From contig CP066697.1 of assembly GCA_016432625.1 (NCBI GenBank), forward strand, positions 392,409-456,408: DNA of 64,000 nt. The letters are read 5' to 3'. Positions 8,822 to 19,175 of this stretch are shown one piece after another (the stretch's first letter is position 1; every line of letters begins with the position of its first letter). This stretch comes from Candidatus Berkelbacteria bacterium. Its GTDB lineage: Bacteria > Patescibacteriota > UBA1384 > 2-12-FULL-50-11. Both the position numbers and the translations under genes were made by a program. Under the pieces are notes generated by a model. It did not search any database, was not told where the DNA came from, and saw only the letters and a program-made list of their open reading frames with translations.

Positions 8822-10114
8822 ATGGCCATTTCACCCTTCGCTGCAGCAATCAACCAATTAGCCGATGAGCGTGGTTTACCACGTGAAACTGTCGTGGACT
8901 CAATTCAGGCCGCTGTCGCTGCTGCTTATCGTAAAGAATACGGTCATCAAGAGCAGGAAGTACGTGCCGAGCTTAACGAGGAATCCGGAAAATTTCACGT
9001 ATTCCAGCAATTCGAAGTAGTTGAGCCAGGCGAAGAGGGGATCGAGAACATTCACGCCCAGTTGACCGAGGAAGACGCTCAGAAGATTAAGAAAGGCGCC
9101 AAAGTCGGTGAAATTGTCGAGATCGAGCTTGAGCCACACGAAGAGTTCGGGCGAATTGCCGCTATGACCGCTAAACAGGTTATCTCTCAACGCCTACGTG
9201 AAGCAGAGAAGGAAATTCTCTTTGCCGAATATAAGGATAAGGAAGGCCAACTAATTAACGGTTACGTTCAGCAAGTCGAGGGTCCAAACGTTATTCTTAA
9301 TATCGGCAAACTAAACGGTCTAATGATCGCGTCCGATCAAATCCCAAATCAAAACTATTTCCCGGGCCAGCGACTTAAAGTTTTGGTCTACACCGTTGAG
9401 GAAACCGCCCGCGGACCTCGTGTTCTCGTGACTCGCTCAAGTGCTGATTTCATTAAGAAACTTTTCGAACTAGAGGTTCCAGAGATCGCCGCAGGTTCCG
9501 TTGAAATTAAAACCATCGCCCGTGAAGCAGGTACTCGTACTAAAATGGCCGTCATCTCCACTCAACCAGGGCTTGACCCAGTCGGCTCCTGCGTGGGCCA
9601 GCGCGGTACTCGTGTCCAAGCAGTATTAAGCGAGCTTGGCGACGAGAAGATCGACATCATCCCATTTATAGATTCTGATGAGGAGATGATTATCAACGCT
9701 TTGTCTCCAGCAAAAGTGGAAAAAATCATTTTGAAGAAGAAGGCGAAAATTGCCGCGGTCGTTGTCCCTGAAGATCAGTTGTCGCTAGCCATCGGTAAAA
9801 ACGGCCAGAACGTCCGTTTAGCCAGTAAGCTGACCGGTTGGGAAATCGACATCGTCAAAACAGACGGGACTAAAGCTAGTGCCAAGAAACCTGTCGAAGA
9901 CGCGGCAGAGCTAATCGAAAAATCTGAAGAACACACCGAAGAAGAAGCGAAACAACTTGCCGACGCTGCCGTTGATATGCCCCAAGCCGAGACGGCTGAA
10001 GTGGTTAGCGAGCCAGAAACAACCATCGCTCCTACTGATGCGCCTGCTGAGACGCCTTCGGAAACGACCGAGGAGCAGAGCGAAACCTCTGCCTCAGACA
10101 CCGAAGAAAAGTAA
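8822..10114 (+). CDS. nusA: Transcription factor NusA with acidic C-terminal tail
   Basis: FGRIAA.TAKQ, ELEVPEI, AREAG.RTK, AIGKNGQNVRLA. Confidence 0.97.
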   Translation: MAISPFAAAINQLADERGLPRETVVDSIQAAVAAAYRKEYGHQEQEVRAELNEESGKFHVFQQFEVVEPGEEGIENIHAQLTEEDAQKIKKGAKVGEIVEIELEPHEEFGRIAAMTAKQVISQRLREAEKEILFAEYKDKEGQLINGYVQQVEGPNVILNIGKLNGLMIASDQIPNQNYFPGQRLKVLVYTVEETARGPRVLVTRSSADFIKKLFELEVPEIAAGSVEIKTIAREAGTRTKMAVISTQPGLDPVGSCVGQRGTRVQAVLSELGDEKIDIIPFIDSDEEMIINALSPAKVEKIILKKKAKIAAVVVPEDQLSLAIGKNGQNVRLASKLTGWEIDIVKTDGTKASAKKPVEDAAELIEKSEEHTEEEAKQLADAAVDMPQAETAEVVSEPETTIAPTDAPAETPSETTEEQSETSASDTEEK

Positions 10115-10224
10115 ACTTTACAAGCCTGTCAAGTTTGCTTTACATTTATTTTGGCCCAACAGGTTAGATTTGGCAGTTCTCACGCCTGACATGGCGGGTG
10201 ATATCTGCTAGAATGCTATAAAAC

Positions 10225-12732
10225 ATGAGCAGAGAATTTAACGCTTTTGACAGACTCAGCGAAACGGCTCAGAAAATAATCCACGACTCTGAGGCGATTG
10301 CCCGTTCGATGGATACCGGCATCAATACCGAGCATATTCTCGCGTCGTTGGCGAACAACCCTGGGACAATCTCTTATGATGTCTTGCGAGAGTTGATGAT
10401 CAGCCCGGAGCGGATTTCTTTCGTACTCCATAACCGCAACGCCAACTTAAAACCATCGTACGGCATGTCGCCCGACATAACTCGTATCCTCAAAACCGCA
10501 TTTCAAAAAGCGTATTCATACGGGACTGCCTCCGTCGATACTGAGCACCTATTGCTCGCCATGACCCTAACCAAGGACTGTAACGCTTATCAAGTTTTAA
10601 GTGAGTTAGATATCGATCCAAAGATCCTACGCGACCAGCTAGAGCAGTATTTCGAACAGCTCCGCGCCGGTGAAGAGCAAGGAGCAAGTGAACATGAAGA
10701 AGGCGCTGAGGGAACGACGCCAGAGACTCAACTGCCGCAGTACCCACAAGAACTAACTCGGGGCGGGGGACAGAGCAAGGCGAAAAGTGCCATCGATTAC
10801 TTTACAACCGACCTAACCAAGATGGCCAAGCAGAACAAGCTTGACCCAACAATTGGCCGCGACAAAGAGATGCGACGGATGATTCAAATATTGATTCGCC
10901 GGATGAAAAATAACCCAGTTCTAGTTGGCGAGCCAGGAGTAGGAAAGACCGCGATTGTCGAGGGTTTGGCAACGAGAATCTCCCGAGGCGACGTGCCACA
11001 ACAGCTCTCTGATAAACGAGTTCTGAGTCTCGACTTAGCCTTACTAATTTCTGGTACGACCTATCGGGGCCAATTTGAGGAGAGAGTTAAGAAGCTTGTT
11101 GATGAGATTATTAAAGCCGGCAACGTCATACTCTTCTTAGATGAAATTCATACTATCGTTGGCGCTGGCGCTGCCGAGGGCTCAATGGACCTCGGGACCA
11201 TCTTTAAACCCGCCTTGGCACGCGGCCAACTACGCTTAATTGGCGCTACAACCCTTGATGAGTATCGTAGATATATCGAGAAAGACCCGGCGCTAGAACG
11301 TCGGTTACAACGGGTTGTCGTTGAAGAGCCCTCAGCCGAGGAATCAGTAAGAATACTCGATGGCCTACGCCAAACTTACGAGAAACATCACAGCGTCACG
11401 ATTGATGCCGACGCAATTGCCGCGGCCGTTGAGCTCGGTAAGCGCTACATCAACGATCGTTTCCTGCCCGATAAAGCCATCGACCTGATTGACGAGGCTG
11501 CGGCCGCAACTCAGCTTGAGAGTAATCAGCTGAAAACCTCGAACAAACTCCTTCAACTGGAAGGTGACCGAAAGAAGGCGGTTGATGAGCATAAGCTCGC
11601 CGCGGAGAATTTTGATTACAAAAAAGCCGCCGAATGGCGTGTTCTCGAACTGCGCCTAAATAACGAGATTGAAAAACTAAAAGGCAAACTGCCTAAGCGA
11701 AGTAAGCCCCGCGTCATTACCCGCGAGGATATTGCTCAAATCGTCTCGATGTGGACTGGTATTCCGGTTACCGCTCTTAACCGAGCCGAGAAAATACGCC
11801 TGCATGACCTGGAGAACGCGCTTCGAAAGCATATTATCGGCCAGGATGAGGCGATTCAATCGATAGCTCAAGCGATCAAGCGCTCAGGCGCCGGTGTCGC
11901 CGATCCGAACCGTCCACTGGGCTCGTTTATTTTCTTAGGCCCAACTGGGGTAGGGAAGACTGAGCTAGCTAAAGTGCTGGCACGTGAAGTTTACGGTCGC
12001 GAAGAGGCGCTCGTCAAAATTGATATGAGCGAGTTCATGGAGCGCCATAACGTTTCACGTCTCGTCGGTGCGCCGCCCGGATACGTCGGCTACGAGGATG
12101 CTGGCAAATTAACTGAAACCATCCGTCGCCAGCCATACTCCGTAGTTCTTCTTGATGAGATTGAGAAAGCTCATCCAGATATCTTCAATATGTTGCTACA
12201 GATTATGGAAGACGGCTACCTGACCGACGCCAAGGGTCGCCGCGTCAACTTCCGTAACACAATCATTATCATGACCTCGAATATTGGCATGGCTGAACTT
12301 AACCGACAGGCAGCAATTGGTTTTAAGGTTGGAAAAGAAGCCGATGTTAACGCCCGGTACGAGGAGATAAAGTCGCAGATTAACGACAAGCTAAAAGAGA
12401 ACTTCCGTCCTGAATTTCTTAACCGGCTCGACCGAGTCGTGGTCTTCCGACCGCTTTCCAGCGAAGACGTCAGCAAAATAGTTCAAATCCAAATCGACAA
12501 GCTTTCCAACCGCTTGCTTCCAGAAGGCATCCAGATAGCTGTTGAGGAGTCGGCTCGTGAGTTCCTAGCCGAGAAGGGTTTCGACCCGCAATTTGGTGCT
12601 CGTCACGTTAGAAGGGTTATCACTGAATACATAGAAGATCCGCTTTCCGAGCTGTTACTGAGCGGCAAACTGAACAAAAAGTCGCCGATCCGCGTTTTAC
12701 GTAAAGGCGCAAAATTGACCCTGGTAAAATAA
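10225..12732 (+). CDS. clpC: ClpC-type ATP-dependent Clp protease ATPase
   Basis: Clp-N repeats and two AAA+ modules ([16 protein letters not shown]). Confidence 0.93.
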   Translation: MSREFNAFDRLSETAQKIIHDSEAIARSMDTGINTEHILASLANNPGTISYDVLRELMISPERISFVLHNRNANLKPSYGMSPDITRILKTAFQKAYSYGTASVDTEHLLLAMTLTKDCNAYQVLSELDIDPKILRDQLEQYFEQLRAGEEQGASEHEEGAEGTTPETQLPQYPQELTRGGGQSKAKSAIDYFTTDLTKMAKQNKLDPTIGRDKEMRRMIQILIRRMKNNPVLVGEPGVGKTAIVEGLATRISRGDVPQQLSDKRVLSLDLALLISGTTYRGQFEERVKKLVDEIIKAGNVILFLDEIHTIVGAGAAEGSMDLGTIFKPALARGQLRLIGATTLDEYRRYIEKDPALERRLQRVVVEEPSAEESVRILDGLRQTYEKHHSVTIDADAIAAAVELGKRYINDRFLPDKAIDLIDEAAAATQLESNQLKTSNKLLQLEGDRKKAVDEHKLAAENFDYKKAAEWRVLELRLNNEIEKLKGKLPKRSKPRVITREDIAQIVSMWTGIPVTALNRAEKIRLHDLENALRKHIIGQDEAIQSIAQAIKRSGAGVADPNRPLGSFIFLGPTGVGKTELAKVLAREVYGREEALVKIDMSEFMERHNVSRLVGAPPGYVGYEDAGKLTETIRRQPYSVVLLDEIEKAHPDIFNMLLQIMEDGYLTDAKGRRVNFRNTIIIMTSNIGMAELNRQAAIGFKVGKEADVNARYEEIKSQINDKLKENFRPEFLNRLDRVVVFRPLSSEDVSKIVQIQIDKLSNRLLPEGIQIAVEESAREFLAEKGFDPQFGARHVRRVITEYIEDPLSELLLSGKLNKKSPIRVLRKGAKLTLVK

Positions 12733-12845
12733 CCGCCAAAAAAATAGCCCACGAAACACGCTTAGTAAAAGCGGCGTCTATACCTTGACTTTCTCGGTTA
12801 GACCTGTTAGTGTAGGTGCGAACTGCACAGGAGGTGCATGTACCT

Positions 12846-13208
12846 ATGAAACGGATATCAGACACATTCTTCGTCATCGCAGTCGTGGCGTTTGCCGCCG
12901 CTGTTCTCTATGAGTACGGTGAACGGACCCAGCCTTATCTCGCTACTCGCTGGGCAAGCTATGGCCATCAGGCCTGGCTCGTTTTCGCCGTTGCGGTTGG
13001 GCTTGGCTGTTTCTTCGCTGCCATCCAGTGGCTCGTCGAGTCGGTCAAACGAAAACGCCAGCACGATGACGAAACGCTCGTGGAAAAGACCCGAATCGCT
13101 GTTCTGGCCGAGGAGACTGCAAAACTTCTCGAGACAGAGAGCAAGCGAGCCAAGCTGTTCGCCCAAATGGGCGTAAACGGCGCCGGCCAGGTTATCTCAC
13201 GACGTTAG
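12846..13208 (+). CDS. Hypothetical 2-TM membrane protein
   Basis: Two hydrophobic helices, upstream GGAGG, downstream terminator. Confidence 0.65.
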   Translation: MKRISDTFFVIAVVAFAAAVLYEYGERTQPYLATRWASYGHQAWLVFAVAVGLGCFFAAIQWLVESVKRKRQHDDETLVEKTRIAVLAEETAKLLETESKRAKLFAQMGVNGAGQVISRR

Positions 13209-13234
13209 CGACTTTATCCCTCGCGACCCTCACC

Positions 13235-13271
13235 GAGTCCCCCGTCAATTCTGGCGGGGGCTCATTTTTTT
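13235..13271 (+). terminator. Intrinsic terminator
   Basis: gagtcccccgtca/tggcgggggctc hairpin followed by a T-run. Confidence 0.75.
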
Positions 13272-13504
13272 ATCTAATTTCGGAGTTCGTTCGGTTTTAC
13301 ACTTTTCCACAGTTTCTTGGTTAAGTTTCGGCTTGTGTTTGGGGATAAGCCGCGAGTGAACACAGCGGCGCACCACAGTGAACGGGAAAAGTATAATTAC
13401 CCCCCCCCTCGACTTTTCACCGTGAACGAGGACTTCCTTATATAACTGCCGCCTTATCAATAAGGTTTGAAAGAGGGCCGCCAGATTGGCGGCCCGTCCA
13501 TGGG

Positions 13505-13720
13505 TTACTCACTAACGACATGAGGAGGAATCTGCCAGACAATCATGCCTCTTAGATCAGCCGCCTCGAGCGCTTGCTTGAGCGTGGTCGCGTTGAGCTC
13601 GCGATACAGCGCCATACGCCACTTCTCGATCTCCTTTTCTTCAAGGCCGAGGGATTGGGCGATTGCCTTGTCGCTTTGGCCGTTGAAGATCGCCGCGTCA
13701 ATTACTCGATTTTCGTTCAT
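13505..13720 (-). CDS. Small divergent LuxR-type HTH protein
   Basis: GQSDKAIAQSLGL...LYRELNA...A...GMI pattern; GGAGG before ATG 13720. Confidence 0.7.
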   Translation of the reverse strand: MNENRVIDAAIFNGQSDKAIAQSLGLEEKEIEKWRMALYRELNATTLKQALEAADLRGMIVWQIPPHVVSE

Positions 13721-13837
13721 ATACCACCTCCGTGTGGTCAACCTATTTTAACAGATTAGCCGCCTCAAGAGGCGGCTATCGTGGGTAGGCTCGGCGTTGA
13801 GCCATTTGCGCGTCATCCTCGACACGCGGTACGTGAT

Positions 13838-14215
13838 CTAGCGGGCGAACGGTTCGAACGGGATTAAACCCAACCGAGTCGCTGCTCGGAAGGCTTGAAC
13901 CCTGTTGTGCACCTGAAGCTTGTCGTAGATATTCGCCAAGTGGAAATCTACGGTTCGCTTAGATACATAGAGAGCATCGGCAGCCTCCTTGCTGCTATTG
14001 CCCTGAGCGATTAGGCTCAGAACTTCGATCTCCCGTCTGGTCAGCCTGACACCTCTTCTGCAAGGGTCAGGCTTGGAGACGAAAGGGCTTTCACCCTCGT
14101 CCCTCTGGAACGAGCCGTTTTGGCTAGGAACACGATTCCCGGCAGGCGCAAAGCCAACCGGACGAGCTTGAAGTGCAGTAATCAAACAATCCCTCCTGGG
14201 TATTCTCCGCGGCAT
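13838..14215 (-). CDS. LuxR C-terminal HTH regulator (start uncertain)
   Basis: LTRREIEVLSLIAQGNSSKEAADALYVSKRTVDFHLANIYDKL. Confidence 0.88.
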   Translation of the reverse strand: MPRRIPRRDCLITALQARPVGFAPAGNRVPSQNGSFQRDEGESPFVSKPDPCRRGVRLTRREIEVLSLIAQGNSSKEAADALYVSKRTVDFHLANIYDKLQVHNRVQAFRAATRLGLIPFEPFAR

Positions 14216-14302
14216 CTAGCACACGGATTCTCTAGTTTATAGCAACTAACCATTAGTGTCCAGTAGCCAAATCCCCACATTTTTGCCGTGGCTTAAAAGC
14301 GA

Positions 14303-14424
14303 ACAACCCTTTGCAGGAACTTTTCGGAGGATGCCAGCATGGTCTGTGAGCGAAGCTCACAGTGGCATCCGAGAATAAAAGCTACGAGTCCGCTGGGACG
14401 AGGAGCGGTTCCGAAAAGGTTGTT
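14303..14424. repeat. Palindromic intergenic element
   Basis: ggatgcca...ctgtgagc-gaa-gctcacag...tggcatcc nested within acaacc...ggaac/gttcc...ggttgt. Confidence 0.55.
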
Positions 14425-14435
14425 GTGAGCGCACC

Positions 14436-14464
14436 TTGACTGTTCGGTTTTTGTTCGCCATATT
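14436..14464 (+). promoter_or_regulatory. Sigma70 promoter with putative LexA box
   Basis: TTGACT-17-CATATT with GTTC-GGTTTTT-GTTC (14442-14456) in the spacer. Confidence 0.8.
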
Positions 14465-14482
14465 AAGAAAAAGGAGGGTAGT

Positions 14483-14737
14483 ATGGAAGAAGTTAAAACG
14501 ACTCTGGGGGAACCAGTTAAAGTTATCGCCAGTTTCTCGCCGCATAAGTTCAAGATTCACTTTTTCAACTGGAAGGAACGAACTTATCCAGTCGAGTCGA
14601 TGAATTTATTCCATATTGAGCGTGATGGCAGTAAGAAGCTTTATCATTTTGCCGTTAGCAGCCGCGGCAATTCTTATGAACTGGTTTTCGATCCAGTAAC
14701 TCTCGACTGGGTTTTGGCTGATATGGTCCAAGTATAA
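14483..14737 (+). CDS. Small SOS-regulated protein, putative Y-family polymerase partner (DUF6504/YqjX-like)
   Basis: F.W..R.Y.V...Y.L.FD....W pattern, strong AAGGAGG, LexA-like box. Confidence 0.65.
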   Translation: MEEVKTTLGEPVKVIASFSPHKFKIHFFNWKERTYPVESMNLFHIERDGSKKLYHFAVSSRGNSYELVFDPVTLDWVLADMVQV

Positions 14738-14790
14738 AACTGTGCCCGGCGAAAACGCCGGGCACTTTGACCAGGAGGAAGGGGCGGTTA

Positions 14791-15768
14791 TTAGCCGACC
14801 GCGACCCTCTCTGGTGGGGGAGGAAGCACCTCAGGATGAAGACGGGCCAACTCCTGGAAGAAATTCTGGCGCATACGCGCCAAGGTGTCCTTGAGGGCGT
14901 AACGCTCCAGACGCTTGAGGGCATGGAGAAGCTCATCAGCCTCCACCCGGCCGTGCTGCTTCATTAGCAGCTGTCCGGAACCAAGGAGTAAGGCGCCATG
15001 AACATCATCGTGATAGATGCGTTCTTTGACTCGGTGGAACGCGTTTTGCGCCATACCGACCATCAACTTACTCCAGAGCTCACTTGTGACTTCCTGCTTG
15101 ATCACGTTGTTGAGCGCCCGTATTGAGGTTTCTGCTGTTTTGAGTAGGGTGTTGCCGATCTCGCCATTGCGGACCACCAGCACCTGGATACCGCCGCTAA
15201 AGGCGACCTCAGGTTCGGCGATCCTGACGGTACGGCCACGTCCGTTCCCCTTAAGGAAGTCGTAGATCTTGGCCGCCTCTGGATGAAGCTTGTGAGTTTC
15301 ACCACCAATCGAGTGGATGCCGTAGATCGGGTACAGACTATTGTAAGCCGCCCGGTGATAGCTGCCGCAGAGCAGTGCCCCTATGGCAACCTGAAACCAA
15401 CCGATCTCGGCGTGCGCCCCGGCATCGTTCAAGATGAAGTGCTTACCCTTCTCCACGGTCGGTAGCACCGCCGCCAGCGGCGAGAGCAAACGCTCTTGCT
15501 TACCGGTTTCAGGATTGATCAGCCAGATCGGCTCGATACCGCGGGCAATGGCGACCAAGTCGCCGCTTGTTGCCGCTGATAAAGCGCCAGAGGCGTTTTT
15601 GGGGTCGTGACGCGGCAGCAATAGCCGCCGTTTGATCTCCGGCAGGGATTCAACACCCTCGACGTTCATTCCTTCCTTGACTGCCAGCTCCACGGCGGCT
15701 TTGGCAGTAGTAGGGATATGGGTGTCGTGGCCAGAACCCTTAGTGTGGACGAGTAGTTTTGGTCTCAT
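14791..15768 (-). CDS. Divergent PlsX-like phosphate acyltransferase
   Basis: TKGSGHD, SAATSG, LNDAGAHAE, GEIGNTLLKTAE, HGALLLG...KQHG match PlsX motif order. Confidence 0.72.
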   Translation of the reverse strand: MRPKLLVHTKGSGHDTHIPTTAKAAVELAVKEGMNVEGVESLPEIKRRLLLPRHDPKNASGALSAATSGDLVAIARGIEPIWLINPETGKQERLLSPLAAVLPTVEKGKHFILNDAGAHAEIGWFQVAIGALLCGSYHRAAYNSLYPIYGIHSIGGETHKLHPEAAKIYDFLKGNGRGRTVRIAEPEVAFSGGIQVLVVRNGEIGNTLLKTAETSIRALNNVIKQEVTSELWSKLMVGMAQNAFHRVKERIYHDDVHGALLLGSGQLLMKQHGRVEADELLHALKRLERYALKDTLARMRQNFFQELARLHPEVLPPPPERVAVG

Positions 15769-15857
15769 AATTGCTGTCTCCGGTTTCCAGAACTGGAAAG
15801 TACGTTGGACAATTATACAACGAATCTTGTCCGAGATTAAGATTTCCGCCTCTTGTT

Positions 15858-15872
15858 TTTCGGTTTTTGTTC
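15858..15872 (+). promoter_or_regulatory. Putative LexA box upstream of dinB
   Basis: TTTC-GGTTTTT-GTTC, one mismatch to the other two boxes. Confidence 0.75.
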
Positions 15873-15887
15873 GCCTTAGATAGAAGT

Positions 15888-17150
15888 ATGCGCAAGATAC
15901 TTCACGTCGACATGAACAGTTACTTTGCGACGATGGAGCAGCAAGCTTACCCCAATTTGCGAGGGCTACCGATCGGCGTGGCTGGCAAGGGTAGGGGAGA
16001 GCGAACAGTCGTAACCGGCGCCTCGATTGAGGCTAAGCGTTACGGCGTTAAATCAGGTATGTCCACGTGGGAAGCCTTGAGGCTTTGTCCCGGGCTAATA
16101 ATCGTTCCAGCGTGTTATGACCGCTACATTTTCTCCTCAAAACGGATTTTCGCTCTGCTCGAACGTCTCAGCCCAACAATTGATGTTTTCTCGATCGACG
16201 AAGCGTTTGCGGACCTGGGGGAGGATATAACCTGGGAAGAAGCTGCCAAACTTGCCCAGCAGTTTAAAGCACTAATAAAAAGCCATATCGGGTCGTGGGT
16301 AACCTGTTCGATCGGTATCTCTTACGGTAAAACACTCGCCAAACTCGCCTCGGAGCTAAAAAAACCTGACGGCCTGACCCTTGTCCGTCCTGAAGATTTT
16401 GCGGCTATCGCCGAAAAGACTGCCATTGAGGAGCTCTGCGGTATCGGCTATCGTTTGCGGCCTAGATTGAATCAGATGGGTATTTTCACGATCAAAGAGC
16501 TGGGGGATATGCCAAAAAATATGCTACTAGAAGCTTTCGGAGAGTTTACCGGCACTTGGCTGCATAATATTGGCAACGGCATCGACAACAATCTTTTGCG
16601 TTCGTTTCGCTCCTTGCCTCAGGAAAAATCAGTCGGCCACTCTTACACCTTGCCACAAGACGTTCATACCTTAGGAGAAGCTAAAAAGGTTTTATTGCTG
16701 CTCAGCGAGCGAGTCGGCGTCCGTTTGCGCCGCAAAGGCTTGATCGCCCGGGGTGTGGCGGTTTATCTGCGTTTTTACGACCGAAGCGGTTGGTCTAAAA
16801 GTGCCTTGCAAAAAAGCTTTTTTAATGACGGACGAGAGATCTACCAAGCCGCCGAGCAATTGCTCGAAATATTCAACAACTCCATCAAACCGGTTCGCCT
16901 CGTCGCCGTGACGGCCACAAACCTGGTACAACAGACCGAAATAACCCAGTCTTTATTCACGGAGGATAAGGAGTACGAGGAGTTAATTCGAGCCGTAGAT
17001 AAGGTTAACAACCGCTACGGCGAGTTTACGGTGTTCCGGAGCAGCTTAGCGACAATCAAACGGAGGATTTTCAACTTGCCCGACGGTCGTAATAAACGGA
17101 TCTACTTGCCACAAATAACTGAAGTGAATCCGTTTACTAAACGGATCTAA
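15888..17150 (+). CDS. dinB: Y-family DNA polymerase (Pol IV-like)
   Basis: LHVDMNSYFA, SIEAKRYGVK, FSIDEAF, AKLASELKKPDG. Confidence 0.93.
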   Translation: MRKILHVDMNSYFATMEQQAYPNLRGLPIGVAGKGRGERTVVTGASIEAKRYGVKSGMSTWEALRLCPGLIIVPACYDRYIFSSKRIFALLERLSPTIDVFSIDEAFADLGEDITWEEAAKLAQQFKALIKSHIGSWVTCSIGISYGKTLAKLASELKKPDGLTLVRPEDFAAIAEKTAIEELCGIGYRLRPRLNQMGIFTIKELGDMPKNMLLEAFGEFTGTWLHNIGNGIDNNLLRSFRSLPQEKSVGHSYTLPQDVHTLGEAKKVLLLLSERVGVRLRRKGLIARGVAVYLRFYDRSGWSKSALQKSFFNDGREIYQAAEQLLEIFNNSIKPVRLVAVTATNLVQQTEITQSLFTEDKEYEELIRAVDKVNNRYGEFTVFRSSLATIKRRIFNLPDGRNKRIYLPQITEVNPFTKRI

Positions 17151-17222
17151 CCGACTACCACACCCTTTCCAAGCCACTAATTGCGCGGTATGCTACCCCC
17201 TGCCTGAAAAGGAGTTCCTTCT

Positions 17223-17849
17223 ATGCCGACTGATACTGAACTTGCTCGTCCATCAGATTCCGCCAAGGTTTTGAAGATCGTGCGGAACACGCCCGGTCAA
17301 AAGTACCTCATTGGCGAAGTTAACAACCTGTTTGTTGCGGCAGCGGTTCGCGAGAGCGACGGCCAGCTGCTCATCTGCCAGATGCCACACGAGGCCAACA
17401 ACAACTTGCGAGGTGCCCCGGTGCTGCCAGCTGTACGCACCGACACACCCGCACTGAACGGCGCCGCACTGCTCGCGGCACACCTCAACGACTCTTTCGG
17501 TCTTGAGGCATTTCCGATCCAACCGATCGGACACCACATCAGAACTGGCCAATGCCGGTTCCACCCTGAGGGCCCGCGCGACGTCTTTCACACCTTCTGG
17601 ATCTGCGTGATCGAGGGGGACCAGGACATCCGAAGGCTCTACGGCTACCAGTGGGCGAACTTTTGCCGTCCAAAAGACTTTCGAACGCTCGTGCACGCCG
17701 GTGGTGTTCCAACAGAGGGCATTCTCGACCAGATCGAGTTCAACAACCTTGGCGTCTCCGCCGACCGTCACCCCTTCGACGTTCTAAGCAACATCGCCAA
17801 ATACGCCGAATCCATCCACGACGGCGAGCTACTCAAGTCTATCTTGTAG
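17223..17849 (+). CDS. Hypothetical protein, possibly a degenerate Nudix fold
   Basis: AAGGAG RBS and own terminator; VAAAV...GQLLI...LP...L...FGL layout without a Nudix box. Confidence 0.6.
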   Translation: MPTDTELARPSDSAKVLKIVRNTPGQKYLIGEVNNLFVAAAVRESDGQLLICQMPHEANNNLRGAPVLPAVRTDTPALNGAALLAAHLNDSFGLEAFPIQPIGHHIRTGQCRFHPEGPRDVFHTFWICVIEGDQDIRRLYGYQWANFCRPKDFRTLVHAGGVPTEGILDQIEFNNLGVSADRHPFDVLSNIAKYAESIHDGELLKSIL

Positions 17850-17952
17850 GGCTCGTCCCAACTTCACGAAAGCCGCCTGGAATTATCCAAGCGGCTTTCT
17901 CCGCATTCAGATCGCCAACAGATACTTGTTGTCGAGGTACATGTAAGTGCTA

Positions 17953-17982
17953 TTGACACGTTCGGTTTTTGTTCGCTACGTT
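17953..17982 (+). promoter_or_regulatory. lexA promoter with LexA box
   Basis: TTGACA followed by GTTC-GGTTTTT-GTTC (17960-17974). Confidence 0.82.
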
Positions 17983-17991
17983 AGTACTAAC

Positions 17992-18597
17992 ATGTTAACA
18001 CCAAAGCAAAAGCAGATCTTAGATTTTATTGAGAGTTTTATTGATGAGAACGGGTACTCACCAAGTTATCGAGAGATCGCTGAACATTTCGGCTTCTCTT
18101 CGGTCGCGACCGTCGCTGAACATGTCGAGAATTTACGATTAAAAGGCTACTTGTCCAGCGAAGCCGGTTATCGTTCACTCCAGGTAAAAGAAGTCGCCGT
18201 TGAGCCAGACTCAGGTTTTGACGTTTTGAATATTCCGCTTATGGGCGCGATTCAAGCCGGAAAGCCGATTGAGGCGATCCGGACCAGCGAAACTCTAGAG
18301 ATTCCCCGCGATATGATGGCACGAAACGTTTTTGCCCTGAGGGTAAAAGGTGACTCGATGATCGATGATGGTATTTTAGACGGTGACTATGTTGTAGTTG
18401 AGCCGTGCCAGAGCCCCAAAAATGGTGACATCATTGTCGCCTTGATAGATAAAGACGATGTAACGCTAAAGCGCTTTTATCGGGAAAAGGATCACATACG
18501 TTTGCAGCCAGCCAACAAGAAGTACCAGCCAATTCGAGTTAAAAAAGTAACGATTCAAGGTAAGGTGCGAGGTGTCATTCGAAAATTTCGCGGTTAA
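17992..18597 (+). CDS. lexA: SOS repressor LexA
   Basis: LTPKQKQILDFI..PSYREIA, AG cleavage site, GDSM and TLKR catalytic motifs. Confidence 0.96.
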   Translation: MLTPKQKQILDFIESFIDENGYSPSYREIAEHFGFSSVATVAEHVENLRLKGYLSSEAGYRSLQVKEVAVEPDSGFDVLNIPLMGAIQAGKPIEAIRTSETLEIPRDMMARNVFALRVKGDSMIDDGILDGDYVVVEPCQSPKNGDIIVALIDKDDVTLKRFYREKDHIRLQPANKKYQPIRVKKVTIQGKVRGVIRKFRG

Positions 18598-18638
18598 ATA
18601 AGTTTTTAGCGAGTACAGCTCAGAGATTTAGGGAATAG

Positions 18639-19073
18639 AAAAAGGGCCGCTCCGAGGAGCGGCCCTGCCAGTCAACCTGTCCTGGCTTGCCCGTGCTGCA
18701 TCCGAATCAGCTTGGTTTTACCCCGTAGTCCAGCTCAACCTAACGGGGTGAGGGTAGGAAAGAAACCGTGGGGGTCGCGCAACACCTGGAAATTCCTACA
18801 AGAGGAACCCCCGAAGCGTATATAGCGACCCAGCCTCGGGCCAGAGACCCCCTATGAAGAGGGCGTATGTATGAGGGGGTCTGGCTGAGCTAGCTGGCCT
18901 TGACTCGTAAGCCAAGTACTCCTTTGACCGCAATAGAGTTTTACCGGCTGCTCACATCGAGATTTTGCCTTGGTTGGCATGTTTTCGGATGTTTGTATAA
19001 GGAACGAAGCCAAGCCTGCTGGAATTGCTGAAGGCCTGACGCGACTCGCTATGATTGCTTGGCAACACAGCTA
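18639..19073 (-). ncRNA. Candidate large structured ncRNA A (~430 nt)
   Basis: TTGACT-17-CATACT (19108-19080), terminator 18639-18666, long-range helices, no ORF of 60 aa or more. Confidence 0.65.
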
Positions 19074-19175
19074 GGCAATAGTATGGCGGATGCTCGTCGA
19101 CAAGTCAAGTAGCGTACTGTCGATAATTTTCGGAATTGAATACTTAAACGGCGCTGTGGTATATGTCAAAGGTGA

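Noticed and set aside
13272-13470. oriC candidate (TTTTCCACA 13303-13311, TGGGGATAA 13340-13348, C9 tract)
   Set aside because: Only two DnaA-like boxes, no dnaA/dnaN nearby, and gene orientation suggests this window is near the terminus
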